Assembly (NCBI GenBank): GCA_937876465.1
Contig: CALEHV010000023.1
Location: 6,625-70,624, forward strand
From: an uncultured Bacillota bacterium
GTDB lineage: Bacteria > Bacillota_I > Bacilli_A > RFN20 > CAG-826
Reading direction: 5' to 3'
DNA: 64,000 nt
Part shown: positions 16,351-25,057 of the stretch, in pieces
Layout of the letters: the number at the start of each line of letters is the position of its first letter
Position numbering within the stretch: the stretch's first letter is position 1
Position numbers and translations under genes: made by a program
Notes under the pieces: model-generated
Databases searched by the model: none
Told to the model about the DNA's origin: nothing
Seen by the model: the letters and a program-made list of their open reading frames with translations, nothing else

Positions 16351-17562
16351 ATGGATAAAGAAATACAAGCATTAATTAGAAAAGAAACAAAACGTCAAAA
16401 CGTTGGTATTGAACTTATTGCTAGTGAAAACTACGCAAGCAAAGATGTACGTAAAGCATGTAGTTCGATTCTTACAAATAAATACGCAGAAGGATATCCA
16501 CATAAAAGATACTATGGTGGATGTGAATTTGTAGACCAAGTTGAGGAACTTGCTATTGAAAGAGTTTGCAAATTGTTTGGCTGTAAATTTGCTAATGTCC
16601 AACCACATAGTGGTTCACAAGCAAATGCAGAAGCTTACAGAGCCCTTCTTCCTGAAGGAGGAAAGATTCTTTCTTTAGTTTTAAATGATGGTGGACACTT
16701 AACACACGGTTCTCCAGTTTCCTTCTCATCACATTTTTATCAATTCATTTTCTATCCTTTATCAAAGGAAGGAAAACTTGATTACGATGGAATCTTAGAA
16801 ATTGCTAAACAAGAAAAGCCAGATTTAATCCTTGCAGGTTATAGTGCATATCCATACGCAATAGACTTTAAAGCAATTAGAGAAATTTGTGACAAAGTAG
16901 GTTGTAAATTTATGGTTGATATGGCTCATATTGCAGGCTTAGTTGCTGGTGGTGAACATATGTCACCAATTCCATATGCTGATGTAGTTACTTCAACAAC
17001 TCATAAAACACTTAGAGGTCCAAGAGGAGGAATCATTTTAACTAATGATGAAGAACTTATTAAGAAGATTAATTCTGCAGTATTCCCATTCTACCAAGGC
17101 GGACCTTTAGAGCACATTATCGCTGCAAAAGCCACATGTTTTAAGGAAGCTGATAGTGCAGAATTCAAGAAATATGCTAAGAATGTTGTTCTTAATACAA
17201 GAGCATGCCGTGATGCATTTGCAAAGCTTGGAGATAAGGTTAGCTCAACAGATAATCACCTATTCTTGCTTAACACATTAGAATCATTCGGTTTAAATGG
17301 TTTAGAAGCTCAAAAGAAGCTTGAAACAATTAATGTTACAACAAATAAGAATATGCTTCCTAACGACACATTAAAGCCAAATAAAACTTCTGGCTTAAGA
17401 ATCGGCTTTGCTGCAGTTACTACAAGAGGCTGTACAAAGAAAGATGCTGAAAAAGTTGCAGAATTAATTCACAACTTCTTATCGAATAAGATTGATGAAA
17501 AAGCAGCTAAAAAAGAAGTTGCCGAACTTATTAAAGATTGGAAACTTATTCAAAACATTTAG
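16351..17562 (+). CDS. glyA: serine hydroxymethyltransferase
   Basis: ELIASENYAS.., PHSGSQAN, TSTTHKTLRGPRGG (PLP lysine motif). GAGG RBS. Confidence 0.95.
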   Translation: MDKEIQALIRKETKRQNVGIELIASENYASKDVRKACSSILTNKYAEGYPHKRYYGGCEFVDQVEELAIERVCKLFGCKFANVQPHSGSQANAEAYRALLPEGGKILSLVLNDGGHLTHGSPVSFSSHFYQFIFYPLSKEGKLDYDGILEIAKQEKPDLILAGYSAYPYAIDFKAIREICDKVGCKFMVDMAHIAGLVAGGEHMSPIPYADVVTSTTHKTLRGPRGGIILTNDEELIKKINSAVFPFYQGGPLEHIIAAKATCFKEADSAEFKKYAKNVVLNTRACRDAFAKLGDKVSSTDNHLFLLNTLESFGLNGLEAQKKLETINVTTNKNMLPNDTLKPNKTSGLRIGFAAVTTRGCTKKDAEKVAELIHNFLSNKIDEKAAKKEVAELIKDWKLIQNI

Positions 17563-17570
17563 TTTTATTT

Positions 17571-19634
17571 ATGAAAAAGAATTTTGTTAAAAGTATTTTA
17601 TTCGTTTCTTTATCTATGCTAGTTTTTTGCGCATGTGGAATTGTTGCAATAAAGAATAACGGAAATGCTATACAAACAAACGCTTTAACAAAACCTACAA
17701 ATATAGATTTAAAAGATAATTCAGAAGACGAAATAAGAGAATATTGGTCGTACTTAGATGATTTACCAGCTTCAGAAAGAAGAGGCACAAATCTTTTAAA
17801 GAATCTTAAATACATTATGGTCAATAATCCATCGAATCCGGAAAGACCTGCTCAATATTTTTCTTATAGTGTTTGTAGAGATATATATGAAATTACAGAT
17901 CGTAACTGGGTGAAAGCTCCTGCTAGTGAAATCACAGGTTACGATGAAGAAACAAACACAATTACAGGGTTTAAATATGGAGAAAATCCATATCTTTATT
18001 ATTACTATCGTAATGATAACTATACAAACCCTCATAGAGCTGGAGACAAGGTATCGCCAGTTGATGGAGAAGGGACTCCACAAGTAATTCTTAATCAAGA
18101 ACATTTGTGGTCTAAATCTCATGGTTTTAGCGAAAAACAAAATGCCGGTAGTGATCTCCATCATTTAGTTGCTGGTGATCAAGCAGTTAATAAGTGGGCT
18201 CACTCAAACCATTCTTATGGTTATGTAGAAAATGAAGATTCTGGATGGGCTGCATCTAGAGTTAAATGGGGCGAGAATAACGCTTTATTAGGAAACAAAA
18301 AAGGCAACCCTTTGCATCCAGATTCACAAGATGAATCAGCAACAGTTTTTGAGCCAAGAGATGAAGACAAAGGCGATATAGCTAGAGCTTTATTCTATAT
18401 GGCTGCTCGTTACAATTATTTTGGCATTGATGAAACTCAAGCATCAGAATCTGAACCAGATTTATTACTTGTTGACCATGTTATTTCTAACGACACAACA
18501 CAAGTTTGTGACGGAACAAATGGACCTGCTAAATATGGTAAATTATCCGATTTATTAGAATGGGTGAAATTAGACCCTGTTGATGTTTTTAGTGATGAAG
18601 GTATGCACGAAGTGCATCGTAACAATCTTATCTATAACAATTTCCAATATACAAGAAATCCATTTATTGATTTTCCTGAATGGATTGATTACATATGGGG
18701 TGATAAAGCCGAGACTGGAATTGCAAGTCCTGCAACCGACACTATTAATGGTTACAACGAGGAAACAACAGAATGCTATGAGAAGATTACTTCTTTAAAC
18801 GAATTAACAAGCGGCAGATATATTATTGGATCTCAATACGGTGACAATTTTTATGCAATGAGCAACAAAACTATTTCATCCGGAAAAATAGCAGGTCACG
18901 CAATTACAGTTAAAGATGACAAAATTTCTCTAGATTATAAAAATGATTATGAAGTTAATTTAACTGTTACAAAAGATAGCTCAACTAAAGTATCTATCAG
19001 CGTTCCAACTGGATATATCAGATATTCAGGTTCGTCTACTAATTTAGAAATCGGAACTCCTAGTTATGAGTGGAATGCATCTGTTGCAAATAATTGTGGA
19101 ACATTTAATTTTTCTACCGGAACAAGATCATTAGCTTTTACAACTAGTAGCGGAGGTTTTAAAGCCTACGCATCAATTACTGAAGGAACTTATTTGAATT
19201 TAGAATTGTATAAGTATGTTGGCGAAACAAAAGAGACTTTCGCACAAGCAATAATGAACCATATTAACTGTGATTCAACAGGGGTTACTGGTCCTACATT
19301 TGATGTTGGTTACGAATGGTCAGATTTATCAATTATCTTTGCAAAACTCCCATCAAACGATAAAGAATACTTGCAAAATTCAACTGCAGACGAGAGTTCA
19401 ACTAACATTATTGAAAAGGCTATGTACCGCTACGATTACATAGTTGCAAAATATTCTGCTTATGAAGATTTTATATCTCGAAATCCATCAATGCTGTTCT
19501 ATGATTTTGTAATAAATAATAACGATGAAGAAACTTCAGTATTATTGCCAATTATAGTTGTTATAAGCCTAGCAACATTAACATCTTTAGGAACATGTCT
19601 TTATATCAAGAAAAGAAATCGCGAAATAAATTAG
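17571..19634 (+). CDS. membrane-anchored Endonuclease-I-family extracellular nuclease (paralogue 1) with an unassigned C-terminal module
   Basis: EHLWSKSHGF, GSDLHHLVAGDQAVNKWAHSN, FEPRDEDKGDIARALFYM and RNPFIDFPEW are Endonuclease_1 motifs. N-terminal signal/anchor and C-terminal TM. ATG 17571 was chosen because the 17538 start overlaps glyA. Confidence 0.85.
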   Translation: MKKNFVKSILFVSLSMLVFCACGIVAIKNNGNAIQTNALTKPTNIDLKDNSEDEIREYWSYLDDLPASERRGTNLLKNLKYIMVNNPSNPERPAQYFSYSVCRDIYEITDRNWVKAPASEITGYDEETNTITGFKYGENPYLYYYYRNDNYTNPHRAGDKVSPVDGEGTPQVILNQEHLWSKSHGFSEKQNAGSDLHHLVAGDQAVNKWAHSNHSYGYVENEDSGWAASRVKWGENNALLGNKKGNPLHPDSQDESATVFEPRDEDKGDIARALFYMAARYNYFGIDETQASESEPDLLLVDHVISNDTTQVCDGTNGPAKYGKLSDLLEWVKLDPVDVFSDEGMHEVHRNNLIYNNFQYTRNPFIDFPEWIDYIWGDKAETGIASPATDTINGYNEETTECYEKITSLNELTSGRYIIGSQYGDNFYAMSNKTISSGKIAGHAITVKDDKISLDYKNDYEVNLTVTKDSSTKVSISVPTGYIRYSGSSTNLEIGTPSYEWNASVANNCGTFNFSTGTRSLAFTTSSGGFKAYASITEGTYLNLELYKYVGETKETFAQAIMNHINCDSTGVTGPTFDVGYEWSDLSIIFAKLPSNDKEYLQNSTADESSTNIIEKAMYRYDYIVAKYSAYEDFISRNPSMLFYDFVINNNDEETSVLLPIIVVISLATLTSLGTCLYIKKRNREIN

Positions 19635-19655
19635 GGTCATCTGACCCTTTTTTGT
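19634..19655 (+). terminator. rho-independent terminator
   Basis: GGGTCA-tc-TGACCC followed by TTTTTT. Confidence 0.7.
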
Positions 19656-19677
19656 TTCTTTCAATATAAGAAATTTA

Positions 19678-19683
19678 TATAAT
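19678..19683 (+). promoter_or_regulatory. -10 box TATAAT for a near-leaderless transcript
   Basis: The hexamer ends 9 nt before ATG 19693. No SD. Confidence 0.4.
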
Positions 19684-19692
19684 TACTTTAAT

Positions 19693-21312
19693 ATGAAAAA
19701 GATTTTTATCACATTGTTAAGTGCGTCTATATTGAGCACAATTGCAGTTGGCATAGTTGCTACTAATAAACATGTTTTTGTTAAAGAAACAGTAATGGTT
19801 AATGCAGCCTCTCCAACAAAGCCTACAACTATTGATTTAAAAGATAATAGTGAAGAAGAAATTCGTGAATATTGGTCATATTTAAACGACTTACCAGAAT
19901 CTGAAAGAAGAGGAGAAAACCTTCTTAAGAATCTTAAATATATTATGGTGAACAATCCTGCTCATCCTGATAAAACAGCACGTTATTTTTCTTATAGCGT
20001 TTGTAGAGATATCTATGATATCACTGATCGTAACTGGGTAAAATCTCCTGCTAGCGAAATAAGCGGCTATGATGCTTCTAGTAACACAATTACAGAATTC
20101 AAATATGGAGAAAATCCATATCTTTATTACTATTATCGAAATGATAATTATACAAATCCGCATAAAGCTGAAGATAAGGTGTCTCCAGTTGATGGAGAAG
20201 GAACTCCTCAAGCCATACTTAATCAAGAGCATTTATGGTCTAAATCTCATGGCTTTAGTGAAAAGCAAAATGCAGGTAGTGATCTCCATCATTTAGTTGC
20301 TGGCGATCAAGCAGTTAATAAGTGGGCTCACTCAAACCATTCTTATGGTTATGTTCAAAACGAAGATTCAAGTTGGGCTGCAGCAAGAGTTAAATGGGGA
20401 GAAAATGATGCATTATTAGGAAACAAGAATGGCAATCCACTACATAGTGCATCACAAGACGAATCAAATACTGTATTTGAACCGCGAGATGAAGACAAGG
20501 GCGATGTTGCAAGAGCTTTATTCTATATGGTTGCTCGTTATAACTACATTGGTGATGATGCAACCAAAGCTTCTGAAGCAGAACCTAACTTAACATTAGT
20601 TGATTACGTTATTTCAAACGAAACAACACAAGTTTGCGATGGAACAAACGGTGCTGCTAAATACGGTAAATTATCAGATTTACTTGATTGGGTTAAAGTT
20701 GATCCGGTAAATGATTCTACAAATGAAGGAATGCACGAGATTCATCGTAACAACCTTATTTACAATAATTATCAATATACAAGAAACCCATTTATTGATT
20801 TCCCAGATTGGATTGATCTTATTTGGGGAGATAAAGCATCAACAGGAAAAGCCGATCCTTCAATTGATAGACTTTATGGAATCAATAAAGTTGCTCCAAC
20901 ATCAATTACATTAAGTGCTGCAAAGACAGAAATTAAAAAGGGTGAAATAGTTAAAATAAATGTTAGTTCAGTTGCACCAAGTGACGCTTCAAAAGCAGTT
21001 ACCTATTCATCAAGTAATGAAAATATTGCAACAGTTGATGCAAGTGGAAATGTAAAAGGAATTGGAGAAGGCGAAGTTACAATTACTGCTACATCAAAAT
21101 TAGAAAGTAATGTAAAAGCAACTATTACAATTAAAGTAACTGTGGATAAGATGAATCCAGTTATTCTAATTGTTGGTGGAATAGGTGCAGTTGTAGTAAT
21201 AATTATCTTAATCATTGTGTTTGCAAACATGTCTAAAAAACAAAGAAAATCAGCAATGAAAAAGATAACAAAATCTGTTAAGTCTTCCTCTAAAAAGAAG
21301 AGTAAAAAATAA
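19693..21312 (+). CDS. membrane-anchored Endonuclease-I-family extracellular nuclease (paralogue 2) with one Big_2 domain
   Basis: Same nuclease motifs as paralogue 1, highly similar by eye. The C-terminus has ITLSAAKTEIKKGE..VTYSSSNENIATVDASGNV..VTITATS (Big_2), a TM and a Lys-rich tail. Confidence 0.85.
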   Translation: MKKIFITLLSASILSTIAVGIVATNKHVFVKETVMVNAASPTKPTTIDLKDNSEEEIREYWSYLNDLPESERRGENLLKNLKYIMVNNPAHPDKTARYFSYSVCRDIYDITDRNWVKSPASEISGYDASSNTITEFKYGENPYLYYYYRNDNYTNPHKAEDKVSPVDGEGTPQAILNQEHLWSKSHGFSEKQNAGSDLHHLVAGDQAVNKWAHSNHSYGYVQNEDSSWAAARVKWGENDALLGNKNGNPLHSASQDESNTVFEPRDEDKGDVARALFYMVARYNYIGDDATKASEAEPNLTLVDYVISNETTQVCDGTNGAAKYGKLSDLLDWVKVDPVNDSTNEGMHEIHRNNLIYNNYQYTRNPFIDFPDWIDLIWGDKASTGKADPSIDRLYGINKVAPTSITLSAAKTEIKKGEIVKINVSSVAPSDASKAVTYSSSNENIATVDASGNVKGIGEGEVTITATSKLESNVKATITIKVTVDKMNPVILIVGGIGAVVVIIILIIVFANMSKKQRKSAMKKITKSVKSSSKKKSKK

Positions 21313-21315
21313 CAA

Positions 21316-21359
21316 AAAAGGTGACCGTTGTTGACTAGTCCACATCGAGTCACCTTTTT
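21316..21359. terminator. bidirectional terminator-like hairpin
   Basis: AAAAAGGTGAC ... GTCACCTTTTT with a ~22-nt loop, between convergent genes. Confidence 0.5.
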
Positions 21360-21361
21360 CG

Positions 21362-22354
21362 TTATTTAATTAAGCTGACAAGTACTTGTTTTTCCTTATC
21401 ACTAATAAATGCTGAATTTATAGTATTAATGGCGATTTGCTGCAATATTTCATCAGAATAACCATGTTTTGCTAATATTTCATATTGCTCAACAAGGGTA
21501 GTGTTGCATGGTGCCATATCATCACTATTTAATGTAACAACAATACCTCTTTTGACGAATTCTTTAATAGGCATTTTGTCATAGTCTGGGAATTCTTTTG
21601 TAACATGATTTGATACAGGGCACATTTCAAGTGGAATCTTACGTTCAGCAAGCTCATTCATTAGCTTTTCATCATATATAGATTTAATGCCGTGGCCAAT
21701 ACGAACCGCACCCATATCTAACGCACTTCTTACTGATTCAGGACCTGAGGCTTCACCAGCATGAATTGTGAACGGAACTTCTAAATCTTTAGCAAGTGCG
21801 AATTGATCTACAAACATTTCGTTTGGGAATAAACTTTCAGCTCCAGCAATGTCCAATGCACAGACACCTTTATTTAAGTATTTACGTGTAACTTTAACTG
21901 TTTCCATATTTTGGGCATAGTTATTGTTGCCGCGCATCATGCATAAGATAAGTTGTGATTTAAAATTGTATTTTTGATTTGCTTCTTTCATTGCATCAAT
22001 AAGAGTTGAAACAACGTTATCTTGTGTTAATCCTTTTTCACACGAAAGTTGAGGTGCCATTCTAATTTCTGCATATTTAAGTCCTTGTTCTGACAAACGT
22101 TTGATTAAATCAATAATAGATTTTCTTAAACCATTTTTTGTTTGTAAAACAAGGGCAGGAATATCAAATTTTTCAAGGAATTGAACTAATGAAGAGCATT
22201 CATCAGTGCAAACCATGCGTTTATAAATTTCTTTTGGATCATATGATGGTAATTCCACTCCATCATCTTTTGCTATTTCTATAACCACTTCTGGTGATAG
22301 AGAGCCATCTAAGTGTAGATGTAAATCTACTAATGCTAATTTTCTGTAATTCAT
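21362..22354 (-). CDS. add: adenosine deaminase
   Basis: DLHLHLDGSLSPE, FTIHAGE and LNSDD metal and catalytic motifs. Confidence 0.9.
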   Translation of the reverse strand: MNYRKLALVDLHLHLDGSLSPEVVIEIAKDDGVELPSYDPKEIYKRMVCTDECSSLVQFLEKFDIPALVLQTKNGLRKSIIDLIKRLSEQGLKYAEIRMAPQLSCEKGLTQDNVVSTLIDAMKEANQKYNFKSQLILCMMRGNNNYAQNMETVKVTRKYLNKGVCALDIAGAESLFPNEMFVDQFALAKDLEVPFTIHAGEASGPESVRSALDMGAVRIGHGIKSIYDEKLMNELAERKIPLEMCPVSNHVTKEFPDYDKMPIKEFVKRGIVVTLNSDDMAPCNTTLVEQYEILAKHGYSDEILQQIAINTINSAFISDKEKQVLVSLIK

Positions 22355-22483
22355 ACAATTATTATCTTATAAAACTTTATAAAAGTGTAGCATAAAGCAA
22401 TCCAAAGGCTTTGCCTTTTTTCAAAATTCTAAAAATTAATGTTTCTTTTAATTGTATCTATTTTCTTTTATTTGCAAATAACG

Positions 22484-22492
22484 TGATAAACT
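22484..22492 (+). promoter_or_regulatory. extended -10 TGaTAAACT
   Basis: Ends 9 nt before ATG 22502. No SD. Confidence 0.35.
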
Positions 22493-22501
22493 ATTAGCGT
22501 T

Positions 22502-22846
22502 ATGAAAAAGAGTACATACGATAAATTAATGAAATTTAGAGATGACCGTGATTGGTCTCAATTCCATACAGGAGAAAATTTAGCAAAATCTATTTGCATT
22601 GAAGCTGCCGAATTACTTGAAGTTTTCCAATGGAGCGATAAAGAAAAATCAATTGAAAAGATTAGAGAAGAACTTGCAGATGTTTTTATGTATGCAACAT
22701 TATTAGCAGATAGATATCATCTTGATATTGACGAAATTATGCTTGAGAAGCTTAAAAGAAATGAAGAAAAATATCCTGCAGAATTAGTCAAAGGATCAAG
22801 CAAAAAGTATACTGAATATAAGGAAATTGCTAGAAACAAAAAATAA
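22502..22846 (+). CDS. MazG-like nucleotide pyrophosphohydrolase
   Basis: RDWSQFHTGENLAKSICIEAAELLEVFQW..ELADVFMYATLLADRY is the typical small all-alpha NTP-PPase (EExxE..ExxD). Confidence 0.8.
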   Translation: MKKSTYDKLMKFRDDRDWSQFHTGENLAKSICIEAAELLEVFQWSDKEKSIEKIREELADVFMYATLLADRYHLDIDEIMLEKLKRNEEKYPAELVKGSSKKYTEYKEIARNKK

Positions 22847-22854
22847 AGTATTTA

Positions 22855-22885
22855 GAAAAAATAACTGCGATTTGCAGTTATTTTT
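22855..22885. terminator. bidirectional terminator
   Basis: ATAACTGC-gattt-GCAGTTAT flanked by AAAAA and TTTTT. It overlaps the stop of the minus-strand gene. Confidence 0.7.
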
Positions 22886-23417
22886 CTTTACTTTTCGCGA
22901 TATCTTCGGGAGATTTATATATAAATTTCTTTCTTGAGATATAGTTCCAAAATAGAACAATTAATGTCTTAATACCGAAGAATAAACAGAACCAGAAGAA
23001 CTTCCAAAAATCAAATGGTTTAGAACTATCTTTTAAGAACTCTAACCAGTTCATAAAATCAACGTGTAAGCAATTATTGCCAATCAATGTAAATATAGCC
23101 ATAATGCCTAGACCAATGCCTAATCCAATAAGAGAAAATAGGGCAAACAATAATACATTTTTTGTTGATTTTGCATTAACTGATTCATCAACATTTTTGT
23201 AAACCCAAAAGGTTGAAAGAACCCAATTAACAACAAGTGAAACTAAGAATCCTGCAGCTGTGCAAATGACCGTTTCCCACATTCCCCAATTATCAGGTAT
23301 TGGTAATGCGATTAAAGAGGAAACTCCAAAATCAACTAAAGTTGCAACAACTCCAGTAATAATGAATCTAACAATTTCCCAAGGGATTGATTTATTTTTC
23401 TTTGTTATCTCTTGCAT
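22878..23417 (-). CDS. GtrA-family membrane protein
   Basis: 179 aa, 4 TM. The N-terminal RFIITGVVATLVDFGVSSL is GtrA-like. Confidence 0.7.
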   Translation of the reverse strand: MQEITKKNKSIPWEIVRFIITGVVATLVDFGVSSLIALPIPDNWGMWETVICTAAGFLVSLVVNWVLSTFWVYKNVDESVNAKSTKNVLLFALFSLIGLGIGLGIMAIFTLIGNNCLHVDFMNWLEFLKDSSKPFDFWKFFWFCLFFGIKTLIVLFWNYISRKKFIYKSPEDIAKSKEK

Positions 23418-24423
23418 GATAATCTTTTAAGACTTCTTCATAGACGTCTTTAATTTGTGTACCAACTTTATCAATTGATCGTTCTGAAACTACTCTATAA
23501 CCTTCTTGGATAACTTTTTCATCACGATTATTTATAACTTTTGTTAAGATATCGACGAATTCATCGTTGTTGTGACCTTTATAGCAATCTATGCCATCGT
23601 GTAACCAATCAGCGTAAACACCAATATCACGAATAACACACGGGCAATAGGAAGCTAAAGCTTCAAGTGTAACGATACCTTCGTTTTCTTCATATGAAGG
23701 AAAGAAGAAAGCATCAGCGTTTTGGAATGCGCCTTTAACAACTTTAAAATCTTCAACGTATCCAGCCATAATTGCGTTTTCTGGACGATGTTTGATTGCT
23801 TTTCTAATAAAGTGAGATTGAAGTATTGGTGAAAGATGTGAGAACCAAATGAATTTTACATCTGGCATTTTACGAGCGACTTCAAAGAAGTCTTGTAAAC
23901 CTTTTCTCTTAAATGGTAATCCAAGACCAATAACAACTTTTCTATCAGGTTCTAACTTAAAATAGTTTCTAAAAATATCTTTGTATTCAGGATTGATGGC
24001 ATATCCTTTTAAATCAATACCATTACTAACCGACCAAACCTTCTTGTTGTAGCCATAAGCTTCAATTAAACCTTTTGAATATGGTGTAGGAGTAACAATG
24101 TAGTCGGCATGTGAATACATCTTCTTTAATCTCCAGAAATAGAAAACAGACATAAGTTTCCAACATCTAAAAGAATCTTTAAAGTCTTCTTTTGTTGAAT
24201 GTCCGTGAACAATAACTGGAATATGTTTTTTATTGCATCTTCTTAATACGCGATATGAATTGAACATGTATGTATTAATATGTGCAATATCATAGTCATC
24301 TTTTGGGTTTAATGTGTATTCGATGCCTGATAATTCACAAGCACGAATTTGGTGTTTTAAAGCACGTCCGATACCGGATTTACGAATAGATTTTTCGTTT
24401 TCAAAATATAATAAAACTTTCAT
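23392..24423 (-). CDS. GT4-family glycosyltransferase (glycolipid or polysaccharide synthesis)
   Basis: FFFPSYEENEGIVTLEALASYCPCVIRD contains the retaining GT-B EX7E motif. It overlaps the GtrA gene by 26 nt. Confidence 0.8.
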   Translation of the reverse strand: MKVLLYFENEKSIRKSGIGRALKHQIRACELSGIEYTLNPKDDYDIAHINTYMFNSYRVLRRCNKKHIPVIVHGHSTKEDFKDSFRCWKLMSVFYFWRLKKMYSHADYIVTPTPYSKGLIEAYGYNKKVWSVSNGIDLKGYAINPEYKDIFRNYFKLEPDRKVVIGLGLPFKRKGLQDFFEVARKMPDVKFIWFSHLSPILQSHFIRKAIKHRPENAIMAGYVEDFKVVKGAFQNADAFFFPSYEENEGIVTLEALASYCPCVIRDIGVYADWLHDGIDCYKGHNNDEFVDILTKVINNRDEKVIQEGYRVVSERSIDKVGTQIKDVYEEVLKDYHARDNKEK

Positions 24424-24432
24424 ACGCTAACT

Positions 24433-24455
24433 ATTATAACAAAAAATGTTATAAT
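24433..24455. promoter_or_regulatory. back-to-back divergent extended -10 elements (TGTTATAAT on each strand)
   Basis: ATTATAACA (24433-41) and TGTTATAAT (24447-55) form an inverted repeat separated by AAAAA. Each lies 7-9 nt from its ATG (24423 minus, 24463 plus). Confidence 0.55.
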
Positions 24456-24462
24456 TACTGCA

Positions 24463-25050
24463 ATGGAAATGATTAGCATTGGTCTTAAAAAATATGAAGT
24501 TGTGAAAGTTGTTAAAGAAAGCGACTTCCATTTTTCGATGATTTGTAAGTATAAAAATAAGCAATATTTTGTTCGTCAATTTAAGATGATGCAAGCATAC
24601 GAACATTGTATTCAAGATTACAAAGCAATTAAAAAATTAGGTATTAAAATACCTAAAATGATTAAAAATAGTAAGAAAAATCTCACAATTTTGTATCAAT
24701 ATATTGATGCAGAAAACTGTGCACAAAAGCTATCAAAAGAAGATATCCCAGAGAACTATTTTGATAAGTTGTTTTTGCTTCATAGATTCGCAAAATTCTC
24801 AAAAGTTGATCTTAATTATCTCCCAGAAAAATTTAGATTTTTTAACAATGAGATGTATTACATGTCTTATGAATTTTTCCCAATTGGTGGAGAGAAAAAC
24901 TTTGAAGATTTTGGATTGTTCCGCTGGCATTATGGAATGGATGCAATGAATCATTTAAAGGAACTTGGACTTCCAATTGATAAGAAAAGAGTTCTTACAC
25001 TTCCTGAGTTAAAAAAGAAGATAGTTTTACTATCTATCATGAAATGGTAA
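24463..25050 (+). CDS. hypothetical protein
   Basis: 195-aa ORF with a leaderless-type promoter. No convincing family motif. Confidence 0.5.
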   Translation: MEMISIGLKKYEVVKVVKESDFHFSMICKYKNKQYFVRQFKMMQAYEHCIQDYKAIKKLGIKIPKMIKNSKKNLTILYQYIDAENCAQKLSKEDIPENYFDKLFLLHRFAKFSKVDLNYLPEKFRFFNNEMYYMSYEFFPIGGEKNFEDFGLFRWHYGMDAMNHLKELGLPIDKKRVLTLPELKKKIVLLSIMKW

Positions 25051-25057
25051 GATATTG

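Larger units (their letters stand above)
17690..20848 (+). repeat. tandem duplication: 17690-18720 and 19818-20848 are paralogous, offset by exactly 2128 bp
   Basis: The nuclease domains align colinearly at DNA level. They share an exact 29-nt tract (18147-75 = 20275-303) and an exact 50-nt tract (18177-226 = 20305-354). Confidence 0.9.

Noticed and set aside
22404-22421. A plus-strand terminator-like hairpin (AAAGGC-ttt-GCCTTT plus T-run) between the divergent add and mazG genes.
   Set aside because: No plus-strand gene ends upstream of it. It may belong to the add 5' UTR on the other strand or occur by chance in AT-rich DNA. The evidence is insufficient for a feature call.
24463-25050. A protein-kinase-like or aminoglycoside-phosphotransferase-like assignment for the 195-aa hypothetical protein.
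   Set aside because: Only a vague resemblance to a kinase N-lobe was seen. No HxD/DFG-type catalytic motifs are visible and the protein is too short.
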